A stretch of DNA of 63,681 nt, the filler included, from Cercozoa sp. M6MM (lineage: Eukaryota > Protista > Endomyxa: Ascetosporea): NCBI GenBank assembly GCA_040357565.1. It is 7 parts of 7 records of this genome, joined end to end, with 100 filler letters (N's around TTAATTAATTAA, not from the genome) between each part and the next. Parts side by side here need not be neighbours in the genome. Positions count along the whole stretch, not along the records: positions 38,251 to 55,141 come from JBDODJ010000276.1; 6 more parts are not named here. The stretch is one strand, 5' to 3'. This document shows, in pieces, positions 38,701 to 53,017 of the stretch (positions are counted from its first letter, which is position 1; each line of letters opens with the position of its first letter). Below the pieces are notes generated by a model. That model was not told where the DNA came from. It did not search any database and saw nothing but the letters and a program-made list of their open reading frames with translations. A program made the position numbers and the translations under genes.

Positions 38701-41447
38701 CTCACCAAGGGGTGTACGTGGGGGGGTATGCACCGGAAGCTTCGATGTGGTCGGAGCGGGCGGAGGCTGTGTGACTGCTGTATGCTGTCCGACTGAACAC
38801 AAGGACACAGGGGTGTAGTACAGAATGTAGTACATTGGGAACACTGGCATGCCACACGGACCAGGTGGAGTCGGCGGTAGTCGAAAGGCGCCCTGGGGCA
38901 CTGCGCTGCGTCTGGCCGGGTTCTCCTTGTCCTCAATACTCGTGGTCGGCGTCTCAGTCATGTGCGCTTCGATTAGCGATTTGATCACCTGTGACACAGA
39001 CATTCAGAGACATCGAGACCACACTATGCAAGATGCAAGTGGTAACGTACCATTACAGTGTGCGGAGCATCCTTGGCGATGGTCTGGAAGGTTTCCACCT
39101 CCTGCAAAGACCATGTGATAAATGTACTTGCACATGAACAGGCAGGCTTGATTGTGTGACTGGAGGCTACAGGCTTGATGAGATTGGGGGCGAACACGAT
39201 GGCGACGTTGGTCGGTGACATCTTGTTGTGTGCAGCCAACTCGCACACAGCAGCCAGCAGGTTCATCAAGTAGTCCAGGACTGTCCATACAGACATAATG
39301 TACAGTTGGTACAGTGGCACAACAAAACTCTTTAGAGAGAGCGAGAGAGCGAGGGAGAGAGGGAGAGAGGGAGAGAGAGAGGCTGTGTATATTACTGGCC
39401 AAGTTCTGACGTGGCAGACGCTCGCGGCACAGATACACGATACGCGCCGCGTCTTTCCTGGACGCTGCTGCGATCAACTCGTCGTATAAAGCGTACGGTA
39501 GTAGTGGCTACAGTCCATACGTACAGTCCATATACAGGGTCCATGTAAACACGGTGCATACCTCACGCAGTTCGCGCAGCCACATCTTGAGCAGACCTGA
39601 GACCACGTGCACACCGGCAGCTTTGGCGAACTTAGTCCTGTGAAACCCGAGTGTTACTTGTACAAGTGTACATCGAGGGACAGGACAAGCCTACAGGTGC
39701 ACTTCCTCGCCGTAGTCAATTCGCTGCTTGAGTCGCGTGATCTCGCTCTGGTCGCCGCTGATGCGGAAGATACCTTTGGGTACACCACAGGATAGAATGG
39801 GGGGAAGAGGGATGAAAAGGGGTGAAGACGGGTGGAGACGGGTACAGAGGGGTGGAGAGAGGTTCAAGGACAGGTACCTTCGACGTTCAAGGCGTGTCGT
39901 TGCAGGAAGGTGCAGAAGGTCAGCACGAACTTGGGTATGCCATTGGCGTCAAGATCCTTGGCCGAGATGTCCACGAGTGACACACCGAACATCCGCGGCA
40001 CCTTGAGGATACCCCTTTTGGCCAATGCCTCCTGTGTATCCCTTCGGCCTATCCCACAACAACACACCTCAACATCACCTGCCATGCATTTGAACAACCA
40101 GGCGTACTGGCAAAGAAGCGGCGCAATTTCTGCGAGATCTTTCGCTTGTCCTTCTGCGACAGACGGTGCGTGTCGTCCAATGCACGTCGCAGACGTGGAC
40201 TCTCAGCACTGACACATACATACACATAAAAGAGTGCACAAGGGCGAGGAAGATCAGATGGCACCTAGCCCGGGCCTGTAAACCCTTCTGCAGACGTGAT
40301 CGGATTACGAGCATGTCGACGGCGATGCTCGTTTTGTCAATGTCGCCCGCGTCCTCGCCGGAACCTACGACAGGTATTACAGGTGCAAGAACAAAAACAA
40401 CAACAACTCAGCCTACGCATAGACCATACATACAACTGTACCGCGTCCAGGAGAGGCAGTAGGTCTTGATATGACAGACGGCCGCGGTGGCCGCCGCATC
40501 GACAAGTTCTCACTGCTGCTGTCGCTTCTCTGTGTGTTCTGCCAAGTACACAACACCACGACGCACACATCGTTTCATGTGATGAATATGTGCATGTGGC
40601 TACAATCAGGTCGTCAGAGAAACCGCCAAGATCGATGGAGAACACAGACAGGCACGCGTCGCTCCTGTCGTACAGCAGCAGGCGCGCCAGGCGACCTACC
40701 GCCATCAATAAGATGCGCCATGCCGGCGTAGAGAATAGGTAGATTGAAGTACCAGCTGCGTCAATGTCTGACTTGCCGGCGAGGTGTTTCTCCAGTTTCA
40801 TTGCCGCCAGTGCCCTACACAAGGCAGGAACCTTCATACAGACTGACAGATGATGCGCAGGCTGGAAGTGCGGTGGGTACTTGACATCAACGGAGCGTAG
40901 TGCACGACGCACGGCTTCAAAGTGCTCAGGATTCTCCGAGGGTGACAGCAACCGCACACTGCCCTCGTGCATTGAGTGACTGACACGATCCACCCGGGCA
41001 GTGTAGCGATGAGTGTTACATGAGTTGCAGTGCCATCGTGGCCGACCGACGCGGCCTTCGGAACTTCCAGATGCCTGCCGTCCCAAGATAAAGAGGAAGG
41101 ATCAGCTCATGCCCCCCCCCCAGGTGTGCAGGTCACGATAATGAGTCGTACCTACTGTCTGACACAAACCGTACTCGCAGTTCACGCCATCTCCCTCCAG
41201 CAGAGCCTGCTCAGGAAACTGGAACTAAAAGTCACACAAAGAGACAGCGTGCGATACCGAGAGTTGTTGCGGCGAGTAGTTCGGGAAGGTGATGAAGAAG
41301 TAGCTCTCAAATGACGTGATGGCAGCTTTCTTTTGCGTTTTCAGTTTCGGCCGGAGAGCCAGAAGCAAATTCTACGAGCAAAAATCTTCATCCGAACGCC
41401 TCTTGCAGATGTGTTACCTCCAGCATCTTGCCCTCGACGTCACCCAT
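38320..41447 (-). CDS. RhoGAP-domain protein with an unrecognised N-terminal region and Pro-rich tail; multi-exon, 3' end uncertain
   Basis: Motifs MFGVSL, GIPKFV, LNVEGIFRISG (arginine finger), VSGLLKMWLREL and NKMSPTNVAIVFAPNL. Confidence 0.85.
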
Positions 41448-42004
41448 CGCGATGGCACAGCGCAATGCGAGGCCGACGTTTAAATTGGTTGCCACCGAGG
41501 ACAACAGACTGTGTCACTTGGCTCACCACCGGACGACGCCAATCGTGCGAGATAGACGACCCCACGCGTTGCAAAATACGATATAGGTGGCCTTACGCGC
41601 TGCACAATACGATATAGAAGGCTAGAAAATCCACACACGAAAAAATGATGTAACAAGGTGGCTGCTGGGTCGTTGATCGCAGCAGTTGACTTATTATTTG
41701 TACGGTACAAACAGACTGAATGATTCGATTGTTTTCGGCTCAAAAACCAAATGACGACAATTAAGACACCAGGAGCGCCGCGAGTGTCCGTACTGTCGTT
41801 GCCGCGCACTGTTTGTTAACCGAGTTGTTAAATCAGTGCAAAGGCATTTTGTTTAAAAAGGAACAGTCGTTCGTTCGTTTTCGGAGGCGGTATTAGTTGA
41901 GTATTTTTTCGAGGTGTTTTTGTGTTTTGAATTACTTTTTGCTCTATTTGTTTGGTTGCCCGTTTTGCACAGCGCGTTAGACCCAGAGAACTTGATTGTT
42001 AACG

Positions 42005-44624
42005 ATGGCCCGCAACAAGAAGTTGAGTAAGAAGCAGCAGCAGATGCTGGCCAAGAAGAAGGCGGCGCAGGAAGCCAAGGCCGCCAAGCAGGCTGGTCTC
42101 GAGGCAGGTGCGCCTGTCAGCAAGGAGACTCAGGAGGAGATTGATCGTCGTGAGCTCATGACGCAGGTGCTTTCCTCGTGCAGATTGACGTATTTTGTTT
42201 GTACCGTCTGTTCTGTAGCACATTGCGGCTTTCATGAACCCGGACAACGCTGGTCGTCCGACCCGTATTTCTCTTGAGGGTCTCGACATGTTTGTTGAGG
42301 GCGGTACATTCTTTTCTCGCATTGTTTTGCTGTGCTGAGTTGTGAGCATGATATGGCACTGCTGTTGACAGGTGGTGGCAAGCTGCTTGACGACTTTGAA
42401 CTCACGCTTAACGAGGTGGCTACTCTTTGGGAAAGGTGCGATCTCATTATTTTTTATCTCGCGTGGTATAGGGTCACAAGTACGGTCTCGTGGGTAAGAA
42501 CGGCGCCGGCAAGTCGACGCTCTTGCGCAACATCGCGGCCTACACCTTCCCGGGCTTCCCGATGCACGTGCGCGTGCTGCACGTCGAGCAGGAGATGCAC
42601 GGCGACGAGACGCCTGTGCTCGAGTACGTGCTGAAGCGCGATCTGGTGCGCGAGTACCTGTTGTCGGAATTCAGCCGTCTTTCACAGGTACCCTGTGTGT
42701 GTCTGTGTGTATCTGTGTATGTCTGTGTGTATTTTCTTATCTTTGTCGGTGTCTGCTTGTGATATAATATTGAGTACCTGTGCAGCTGTCGGAAGAACGA
42801 GAGCTGGACAGCAAGGAGGCACTGCACCTCGAGAACGTGACGGCGCACATGGAGGAGCTCGACGTGCACTCGGCCGAGCAGCGCGCCAAGTTTATCCTCA
42901 GCGGTCTCGGTTTTTCGGAGGAAATGCTGTCTACGGCCACCAAGTCTCTGTCAGGTGGCTGGCGCATGCGCGTGTCGCTCGCGTCGGCGCTCTTTGTCGA
43001 ACCCGACGTGCTGCTGCTGGACGAGCCGACGAACCACCTGGACTTCCCGTCCGTGCTGTGGCTCGAGCAGTACCTCAACGACTACGACAAGACCGTCGTG
43101 GTCGTGTCGCACGACCGCGGTTTTGTCGACAACGTGACGGACCACATCATCTTCCTGCACCGTCAAAAGCTCGAGTATTACACCGGTAACTACTCGATGT
43201 TCGAGCAGACGCGACGCGAGCAACTCACGCACCAGCAAAAGGTATGTCCTGCCTACTGCCTTGTCCATGTTCTTGCTATTGTGCTCTGTACCTTTTGCGC
43301 TCCTTGTGTAGGCGTACATGAAGCAGCAGTTCGTCATCCAGCGCAACCAGCACTTCATCGATCGCTTCGGTGCCAACAAGAAGCTGTCCACGCTGGCTCA
43401 GTCGCGACAGAAGGTACTTCTTCTTCGTCTCTGCTGTGTTTAGCTAACATTCATGTTAAATGCACTCATTTTGTGTGTCTAGGTGCTGGACCGCATGGAG
43501 CGCGTCGAAGAGGTGCGCACTGAGAAGACTTTCCGATTCCGTTTCGAGAAGCCGTCCGGCGAAGTCACGCAGCACATTTTCGAGGTGCTTTGTCGTATGG
43601 CTATCTCTGTGTCTCTTGTGTGTATTGCAATCCATCTGTGTAGTTGGACCACGTGTGGTTCAAGTACAACAAGGAGAAGGAGGAGGAACCGTGGCTGCTC
43701 AAGGATGTCAGGTATGATTGAGTGTCTCAATCTCACTCAGAAAAAATGTGTGTTGTTGTTACCGTGTTCTGTTCTGTGTCTTTAGTCTTGTTGTCGGTGC
43801 CAAGGCGCGTATCGGTATGCTCGGTGCCAACGGGGTCGGCAAGTCGACTATCCTTAAGCTGTTCCTTGGCAAGATTCTGCCGGTGGAGGGCGATGTGCGT
43901 CGTGACCGACGTGTCACTGTGGTACGTCCCGCGTGATTGCTTCCGGTGTGAACGTATTAGGTCAGGGTGGATATGTCTGGGTTATTGTGTTTTGCGTTGC
44001 TGGCAGGGCTACTTCTCGCAGCACCACACGGACATGCTCGACCTCGACAAGTCGCCGTTGCAGTTCCTCATGAACCTGTACGAGTCCGACCTGACCGGTG
44101 TCGCCAAGCCGGGTGAGGTTGTGCGCTCGAAGCTGGCCAAGTTTGGCGTAAGTGGCGATGTTGCCATCAAGCCCATGCGCGTACCGCACTGCCTTTTGTG
44201 TCTATTGCTTACAATTTAGGTGTGTACGGTGTTCGAATTTGTGTAGGTGCTCTCGGGTGGTCAGAAGACTCGCGTTGCGCTCTGCATGCAGGCCTGGAAA
44301 GTGCCGAACGTTTGGGTGCTCGATGAGCCGACCAACCGTACCCATTCTCTCCTCTTTCTCAGGTGCTTTGTGTCTAGATTTACTGCTTGGCTGGCTGGCT
44401 GTGCAGACCTGGATGTTGAGACGTGCGACGCTCTGATTGATGCGATGCAGCACTTTGAGGGTGCCATCCTGACGGTGAGTCACGACCAGTTCTTCCTGCA
44501 GGCGGTTTGCCAGGAGTTCTGGTGCGTCGCTCGAGACGGTGTGCGCACCTTCCCAGACTTCGATTCCACCAAGGAGTTCGCACTGTCGCAGCAGCGAAAG
44601 CACTGGGAGAGTGCTACGTCGTAA
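42005..44624 (+). CDS. ABCF-family soluble ATPase (ABCF3/GCN20-like); 12 exons
   Basis: Two NBDs: GKNGAGKST/LSGGWRMR/LLLDEPTNHLD and GANGVGKST/LSGGQKTR/VLDEPTN. No TM segments; 11 GT-AG introns. Confidence 0.95.
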
Positions 44625-45213
44625 CTCGAACTAAACAGCTACCGACTCGGCCAATTTGTTGCTTTATTTTTCTTCCGCACTAAGACGGTACCCCACTCCG
44701 CTGAGTTTAGTGCTTGCGTTCGGTTGTATATTTATTTTGCCGCTCAAAGCTAGTTCATTGTGTAGCTTGTATCTATAAGTTTTTAAACCTGATGACGTAA
44801 CGGCACTCTTTGAGCCCAACGAATATCGATGAGAGCGCTGCAGGACAGACGTCCGTCCTGGGAGAAAGTGTATGACTTGTTAGAATCTAAGTTATTTTGT
44901 TTCCCTGCACTCTCTCAGAGTACCTGACGCCCATCTTGTCCTTAGCTTGTGCTCTTTAAAATTGCAAGTGCTGTAGCCGTTGGTCGCCACGTCGATTGGG
45001 TTTCGGTGCTTACGATAATACTCGTGACTTCTCGAGTCTTCGTAAAGCTGGGCGTGGGGGCAGAAGAGGTGAGCCCCTACACTGCCAGGAAGTGTTGGGA
45101 GTAAATTATTCATGAGATTTATTTCAGTTCCTCATTCCCGTCAGCAACTGAACTGCCTTATTTGTGAACACCGTAGCTTATGATCATCTAACTGAAGGTC
45201 CCGCACCCGCCTC

Positions 45214-47602
45214 TCACGCACTGTTCGATTCGTATGCTTCGGTCCTTTTTCTTAGAGCAAAGTAGTAGTCGTTTGGTGGCAGGGTATTGTGCACGGTATC
45301 CATCGATATCACAAGCGTGATGGTGGGTCGGGCTTGGAGTTGCCAGTGTGGTTGTTCAGGAGGTTGAGAAGTGCAACGTGAGACACCGTTGCTGCTTCGC
45401 TGTTGCGACGGCGCAGATGTTCGAGTTGACGAATCAAAGTTGCTCTTCTCCTGCGAATGCTCAAAAAGGTGAGTTGTATTCGGTAAACTAGAGTGCACAC
45501 GGACACGTGCATGCACATTCTAAACATAGCAGCTCAAACGTACAGTTCGCAGCGCTGTGAGTGTTGAATGCACTCGGCAGCGGGGAAAGTGGCTTGGCAA
45601 AATATGCAGCGAGCAAGTCGACTTGGCGTCGGGTTTGTATTGGCACGTTCGAGCGGCACTGCGCGTTGAAGCTGCATTGAAGAAGACATCGACATTCGTC
45701 GTTGGGTTTGCAGGTACGATTTCGCTTGCTGCGACAACTGCGACCGTTGCTTTTGTACTTGCTGCTGTTTCTGTTTTTGTAGATGTGAGGCAGCCAAAGG
45801 AGCCAAGTGGACATGAAAGTGCGTCAATGCTGATCACAGAACGTAGCGTTTGAGCAAATCAAGACCTTTTGGAGAGTACTTACTTCGCGAATGAAAATAC
45901 CCAGGTGCCGCGATTTGAAAGTGGAGGCGCACACGGGGCAAACGCAGCGGCCGTCATTGCGATGGGAGAACAAAGGTGTGCCATCGCACCCCACATGCAA
46001 AGTAACAACCTACACAATAAAACAAAAGCAACAAAGAAGTCAAGCGCCAACCTGGGGGCGTTTAAACCTACATGGTGAGCGAGTGCTTCGGCCGACGCAA
46101 AAGCTTTTCGGCACGCGATGCATGAAAAGGCAACTGGTGGCGTGCTGCTGGTATTCGTAGTCCCAGGTAGAACTGCACGCACGAGATGAAAGGGTGGTGC
46201 AATGCACGTGGTGGGAGGTTTCAAGGCTGACAACGGCGCCAAGAGAGACGGAGCCGAGTGGCGGCGACGCTTCGCAGCAGGCTGTTCGCATTCAGGCTCG
46301 ATGTACGAGATGCCATGTCCGTGTGTCCGATCACGGTCTTTGCGAGGCTTTGCGCTGCAGGTTGGGCTGTCTAGGTGTTCGCAGTGTCTCTGTTTGAGTG
46401 TTGTTCCGGCCGCAACGACAGGAGGCGCTCCCTCCGCCCCGATTGAAATACGCAAATCAAGAAATTTTGAGGAGGCAGGTTTTTTTGAACGCGACGGTCG
46501 CACAGTGCTGATCGTGCTTTCCAGTGACTCCAAATCATCGAGTGTCGTGGCAAGAGGATCTATCTGCTCTCGATGCGCAACGCTGTGCCGACCGACTTCA
46601 GGTGCTTTCTTCGACTTGTTGGACTTCGACTTCGGTTGGTTCCTTCTCTTTTTCGCGTTTGGAGGCTTTAATTTTTTGGCAGTTTCTTTTGCTGATGCCG
46701 AACTCAACAGCCGTGCAGCTTTTGCCGCTGCCCGTTTCGGTGGTCGCTTTGGCCGCTTTCTAGTGCTTTTTCGAGTGCGATCCATCATGCCAGTTGCACT
46801 CATCTTGATGTCGGCATCGGGGCAAAAGTTCTTTGTTTCCTCCAAAAAATCGTCGTCGAAATCATCGTCGTTATCGATTGCGAACCGTGCAAGTTGGCAC
46901 TCCTCGTACTCTTCTTCAAGAAGGTAATCGTCATCTTCATCGCGCGAGCGTGAAAGGTGGACATGTGGCACCTGTGGTAAAGTGCCGCGCGTTGCCTCCG
47001 TTTCAACGTGTTGCGGCACGTTTTCCAAGATGCCAACGTGGTCAGCGTCATGTTTCTTGCAGTTAACGAACAGAAACGACTTTCTTTGATGAAATTCCGG
47101 TGACGTCAGTGTGCCAAAACCGTGAGCCGGACTGTCGTGGGCGAAAGAGTCTGACAATCGAGATGATTGCTGCCACCGCATCTGAGAAGAAGGCTCCGAT
47201 GATGTTGACGACGGTGAAAGTAGGGCCAAGTTGTGTGCTCGGCTCATGACTGCGTCGGTGTGGTCTTCGTCGAGTGACCAACTGAAGCCATGGGAGCTGT
47301 CGGGTGATAGCAGCCCAACTTCCACTCCGGAGAACTCGCTTGACTGGGCGAAAGTGAGAGGGGACGGCGACGAAGATAGGACGTGCGGAGGCATTGAACG
47401 TGCTCGAGTCAGCCTGTAAAAGACCAAGCCTATACTTAAACAGCAACTCGACGGGGTAAAGCCAGAAATTCTTGAGGTACGGGTCAGCCATCAAACTGAG
47501 TCGTGTAGGGCTTGCGAGGAAGGCACTTGACAGTGACGACGCCGATGTGGGGCGTGAGTTTGGCATCGACGAACCTCGGCTTGGTGACAGAAATCCACTC
47601 AT
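45214..47602 (-). CDS. Low-complexity nuclear protein with C2H2/C2HC-type zinc fingers; multi-exon
   Basis: FSCIACRKAFASAEALAHH, CPVCASTF and CIFCQATFPAAECIQHSQRC; acidic tract and basic NLS-like stretches. Confidence 0.55.
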
Positions 47603-48098
47603 CAGCGCTTTTCGTCAAGAAAGACCACTGACTCCGGGACTCTGCCCCCAGCGAGGAGGAGATTCCTAGGAGTAAATTACAACATACGAACGGAATACAC
47701 AGGTTTGCCCTGGCTGCTCCTTTGCAGCATGCAGGTTACACCTCGTGTTCAGACAGAGTTCAGTACCAGGACCAAGTTATCGCTTCCCAAAGTTAGAGAC
47801 TGCTTTTTTTGCAAAACCGATATTTTTGATATTTTTCTCCAACTGGAGATAAGGATTTAAATTTATCAATATTACATCAACTCAAAGGCAAAATCAATGG
47901 CGAATGGACGCTTTGTCCAGTTTTATTGCGCCTAGAGTGGCTTTAAATTTGGTATTGATAGCGCGTTCTGTGGAGGCGACAGCTTTTTCGTTTTTCCCCG
48001 CTCGTATTTTGCATCCCTGCTGGGCTGAATATGAACTGCACTGAGACTATTGTACTGCCCGAAAGCTAGCACATTAGAAGCATCCTAGCTTGAGCAAA

Positions 48099-48428
48099 AT
48101 GTCCGAAGCATCCGAGAGTCCATGCAGTGCGAACTACTCGAACGACTTTCAGTTGTCAAGTTCGAGTTCTTCAGTGTCGATCATTGTCGATGATCGTGGC
48201 ACTCTTCCTGCTCCAGATATTGAAGTTAAAGACAAAGGCCACAGCGAAACGAAAGAAGCTAGCAGTCACTTGCTGCAAGGCAGCGTAACCTTGGGCTTGG
48301 AGCTTTCCGCAGGTTCAGCTGCGACTGACGATATGGTTTTGGGACCAGGGCAGGCGCGAGAGGACGTAGAGACTGGTGTTGCAACTTTCCGCTAATACGC
48401 ACCTGCGGTGTGTGTGTGTGTGTGCGTG

Positions 48429-48486
<58 letters not shown>

Positions 48487-51400
48487 AGAATTTACAATTT
48501 GTATTTAACCTTGGGAAACTCAGAACGGGATGCCGTTTCCGATAACAGGCCAACTGTTATATCCAGGGCAGATATCAAGCAACTCACTGCTCCTAGTGTG
48601 CTTTCTGGGGATCTGACTCAGGGCAGCAAAACCCGTAAAGAGGTGCAGTCACCTTCAATGCAGTCGCCACTGGTCGCTGAATCTCCTCAAATTCGCCGTA
48701 AACTGCTTTCCTCGAGCAGTGAGCATGAGCAACATATTTCCTTCCGGACATTCGCACTTGCCGATGATGTTTTCGACGCGTGTTCCAATTTTTCCGTGCC
48801 GCGATGGCTTTGCTCTTTTGTATCGACGCCATCGCTGCACGTGAAGCTGGGTGACTTCTTTGGACACGTCAAAAAACCTATAGACCACGAGGACTCGCTC
48901 TTTGTTTCTTTGCGGAGCCTGAGCTGCCCTCCGTTTGAGCTTCTGTGCTCGTTTGTCAAGGAGCACAGCGATGCAAACCTCCGACTGGTCCGTTCCGTGT
49001 TCACGCAGCGCTTGGTGCGCTATCTGTCGACCGCAGCGTCTCTCGGAGCAGGCGATACGTTCCGTCTACATCGTTGGTTTCTTTTGTCCCTCGGATTCGA
49101 AACACACAAGAGCGAACATTGTGGAATCGCGTCGATTTTCAACCGACACTGGAGGGACTTGCTACAGGAGCTCACGGCCCTGTGCGGTTCCAGCGAAACA
49201 GTCACTGCATCAGATTTGAGCGCGTTTCTCGTCCGCGAACCTTCCGCGGCAGTGGTCTTCACTTTAGGCAGTTCGAGCCATCGAAAAAGCCTGTGGCAGG
49301 CGATACAAGACGAATTCGTTCGAAAACGCGACTTTTCGTCGGCATTAATTGTCGATTTTCTTCTTCGTTCGGCATCACTGGTAGATTTTTTAGTTCACTG
49401 GGTGAAACTGTGTTGGCCTCTCGGGGTGATTTCGTTTTTGTTTGTAGCACATGCGCAAGATGTGCAGACGGATCGGCACGCTGCTGCTTCTCATTGTAGA
49501 CGGAGCGAACGCCGACGAGAGCGAGAAGTGCCTTTTGGAGTGCTTCGACATTCACCCAGAGCGTGCTTCTCACATTATCTTGACCGCAAAACGCTCGGTT
49601 TTTGCTGCTTCACGTCTCGTGCTGTACGCTCTAAAAAAGACTCCGCAGGCTTTGCGAGCACAAGTGCCTGTTCGGGTGTTTCAACGAGCTTGGCGGTCGT
49701 CCCTCATTATGCGCGCACACTCGGCTTCCTCAAACACACAAGCGCGCGAGTACTTCGAAGCTCAGGTCGATGTTGAACTAACGTCACGCAGCCTTGGTCC
49801 AGAAGAGCCCGTTCCACCAAGCTTGGTCGATCAACTGGCGGAATTCCTGGTCCAGAGCAAAGTTATCCACTTGCGTCCTGCACTTGATGACGTCTCACAG
49901 TTGGAATGCATCTTTTCGGAACAAGTAAGTCATTTCTAGTCGGTGATTCCAGTGTAGGGTCAGCAGTGTTCTGTGGTCTGCTCGGATATGACTGTCTGTA
50001 GGCCCGCGAGCTTCTTCCTCACCAACTATTCATGAACAACAACACTGACTTCAAGAAAGTGCACTTACTTGCTCGAGGTCTGCTAGAGTACTGTGAGGTT
50101 AGCGAAAGCTATAGCAGCTGTGATGACTTTCTTCGGCTTTACACGGAGTTGGAGCACCTTGGAGTGCCGCAGTCCTCGGTTCCTCCGCCAGCAGTGCTCT
50201 TGACAGCCTTGCTCTTGTGTCGAGGAGATAAACCATACTCTGTCTCCTTGTGTGAGACACTGTACGCAATGGAACAGTTTGGTGTTGACTTGGAGAGCAT
50301 CGAACACGCTCTACAGGAACAACTGAAGGACAACGCCCCGTCAATCCAACGAGAAGACGAGCAACAACGCACCGAACTGGAAGAGCAGGAAACACAACAA
50401 CAAGAACAACAAGAACAACAAGAACAAGACCAATTGAGCACTACGGCAGATAATGACAAAGCAGACGAAACTCGCCAAAAACGAGCAACTCCACGCTACA
50501 ACAATGACGGCCAAAACCAGGAAATTGCGGAAAAACTCGCCGTGTCAGACCAAGTGCAATCAGCTGGCGCGTACGCGCTATCGGAAGTCGCATCGCACCG
50601 TCTCCATGCTGAAAAGGATGAGACTGCGCCACTTGCGGGTGTGATCAATCGGCTCAACCAACTGGAGGAAAGGTATCACGCCGAAAAGGCACAACGCGAC
50701 GCACAGACCAAATCGTCAGTGATCGCTTCAGAACACCAGTAACCTGCTTTTCCTTGATGCCAAAACTAAAGACCACCGATTGTGAGAGCAATGTGTCTTT
50801 TCACGACATTTAGACCGGCATTTGTGCGAATGACGGACTTTTCGAGCAGCGGTACTGAGCAAAAAATGCGACAGTTGCGCGACGAAAACGACGCCTTGCG
50901 GAAGCAGTTAAACGCAGCTCGCAGAGAAGCGACGCAGTTACGAAAGGAGAAGCTCCGATTGTTGCGACAGCACGGCACCAACGATACTCACGAGCACGAG
51001 CAGCACCATGTCCGGCCTGTCAGTAGTACAAGTTCCGCCGTAGCGCCCACCAGTGCGAAACCTTCGCCGCACTTGGCCGAGCAGAAACAACAGAAAATCA
51101 AGGTGACGGAATTGCTAGAACAACTTCAAAAAGAGCAGGCGAAATCTCACCAACTCGAAGAGAAATTGAAGTGGTTTTTGCGAACCCAACAAGACATGAG
51201 CGAGTTGCAAAGCTCCCTCAGCAGCAAAGACGCACAAATTGAAGCTCTGCGCCAAGTTATCTCGATGCATACATCTTCCGCTTCACTCTGTGATTTGAAG
51301 CGCCTCGAAAAACTGGCTCATAGTTCGGAGCCATCAAGCCTATGCAGTGAGATCGACTCTCAGTCTCAATCTGCCTCGCAGTGGTCCCGCCAATACTCGG

Positions 51401-52749
51401 AATCCTTTGGCAGTTCTTCGCGTGTTCATGCCACGCTTTCGCAAAAGCTGATCGAGCGACTGAAGCAACGAGTAGTGCTTCTTGAGCGAGAAGTGCAGAA
51501 ACTGCAGAAGCGGGACGAAAAGTCTCTAGCCGCCAAGGGCAAAGAGAAGAACAACGCGAGCGAACTCCTTCACTCGCTGAACAACAGTGAAACTGTTGCG
51601 AACGAAGCGCAGCTGCATACGACGATCGAAGACCTGACTGAACAACTCGATAGTTCGCGCAAATCTCGCGAGCTTGACGTAAAGTCGCTGCGACAACGCT
51701 TCGAGAAAGTCGAATTCCAGCTTCGGGAGCGAATCGACAAACTGAAAGCCGAACGAAACCGGCTGCGCGAACAGGTCAGAAGCCACCGGCGGCCTCAGCG
51801 CAAAATCCGAGAACTCGAGGCCAAGTGCGCTGAGCTTCGCCTGTTCTACAGGAAAAAGGTGAAAGCACTGGAAAAGCGTAGCGAAATCATCGCAGAGGAG
51901 TCCCACCGTGACTCTGCTTTGAGCAGCATCGAGACCAGTGAACTCACGCCCCCGATGGAGTCCATGAGCAACAAGCCTACTCGAGTCGGACATGGTAGGT
52001 CTCGCCAGGGATTCAATTGGATTCGGATATAAGTTTTAAATACTACGCCATGTTCGTAGGGTCTCGGCACTTCAAAGAGGTCGGTGCGCAAGTCTCCATG
52101 GAAGATCCTGCCGCGTTCACTTTAAAACCCAAGAAGGTCGAGTGTATGGACTCCCAGACCGAGTTGACAGCACAATCGATGCGAGACGCCGAGATCCGCT
52201 ACAACGAGTCAATGAAAAAAATCGGTGTGCTGCAAAAAACAGTTGATAGCTTGAGCTCAAACAGCGAGGTTCTTCAGAAGCTGTCGCAGATTCGCGAATC
52301 ACGTGAGCACGATTCGCGCACCTTGCTCGAACGCAAGGTGCAGATTCTCAAGAATGAGGTACATGACCTCACGAATGAGCTGGCGAGTGCCTTGCAATCT
52401 TGCGACAAGCTCGCCGCCGAGAACGCAGAGTTACGCTTTCAACAAGATAGCACATTGGTACAGCATTGAAGCACTTGAAACATCCCCTGTGTAAATTATA
52501 TGCTTTGATGTCCAGGATCGTGCGAGATTGCGGTCGCTTCTTCAAAAGATAGAAGCGCTCGAACGCCGCGTTGCCGAAAAGGATGCCCTCCTGTTTCAAC
52601 TGGAGGAGCGCGACGGTGTGTACAGCTCTATGGGCGAAGTGTCAGACTCTGCTGCGCCGATCTTCGAGGCACCGATCAGAGAGGAGTCACACCCGACGAG
52701 CTCGCTGGCGTCTATCGGAGCACAAGCCCGTTCTCTCCTGCTCGACTAA
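48099..52749 (+). CDS. Large protein with C-terminal coiled coils, weakly CEP162-like; multi-exon
   Basis: Long ORFs joined by short GT-AG introns. LEEKLKWFLRTQ and VKSLRQRFEKVEFQLRERI recall CEP162, but the orthology is tentative. Confidence 0.55.
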
Positions 52750-53017
52750 AATCGTGTAATTGCGATTTCACTTTTAAACAGGAATACCAGAATAGTGGCG
52801 CCTGCAGTGTTGGACCCGATTTACTTTGGATTCCACCAACAGATGCCCCTCAGTGGGTGACGATGAAACCGTAGACTGAGCAAGTCTGAGAGGTTAATAA
52901 AAACGAGGGGTTTTGATAACCTTAGACCCTGCCTCCCTTTGGTGTGTGCTGGTCCGGCAGTGCGTAGTGTAGAGCACACCTATAAATCCTGCTAGTCGGT
53001 CAGGAACTAAAGTTTCG

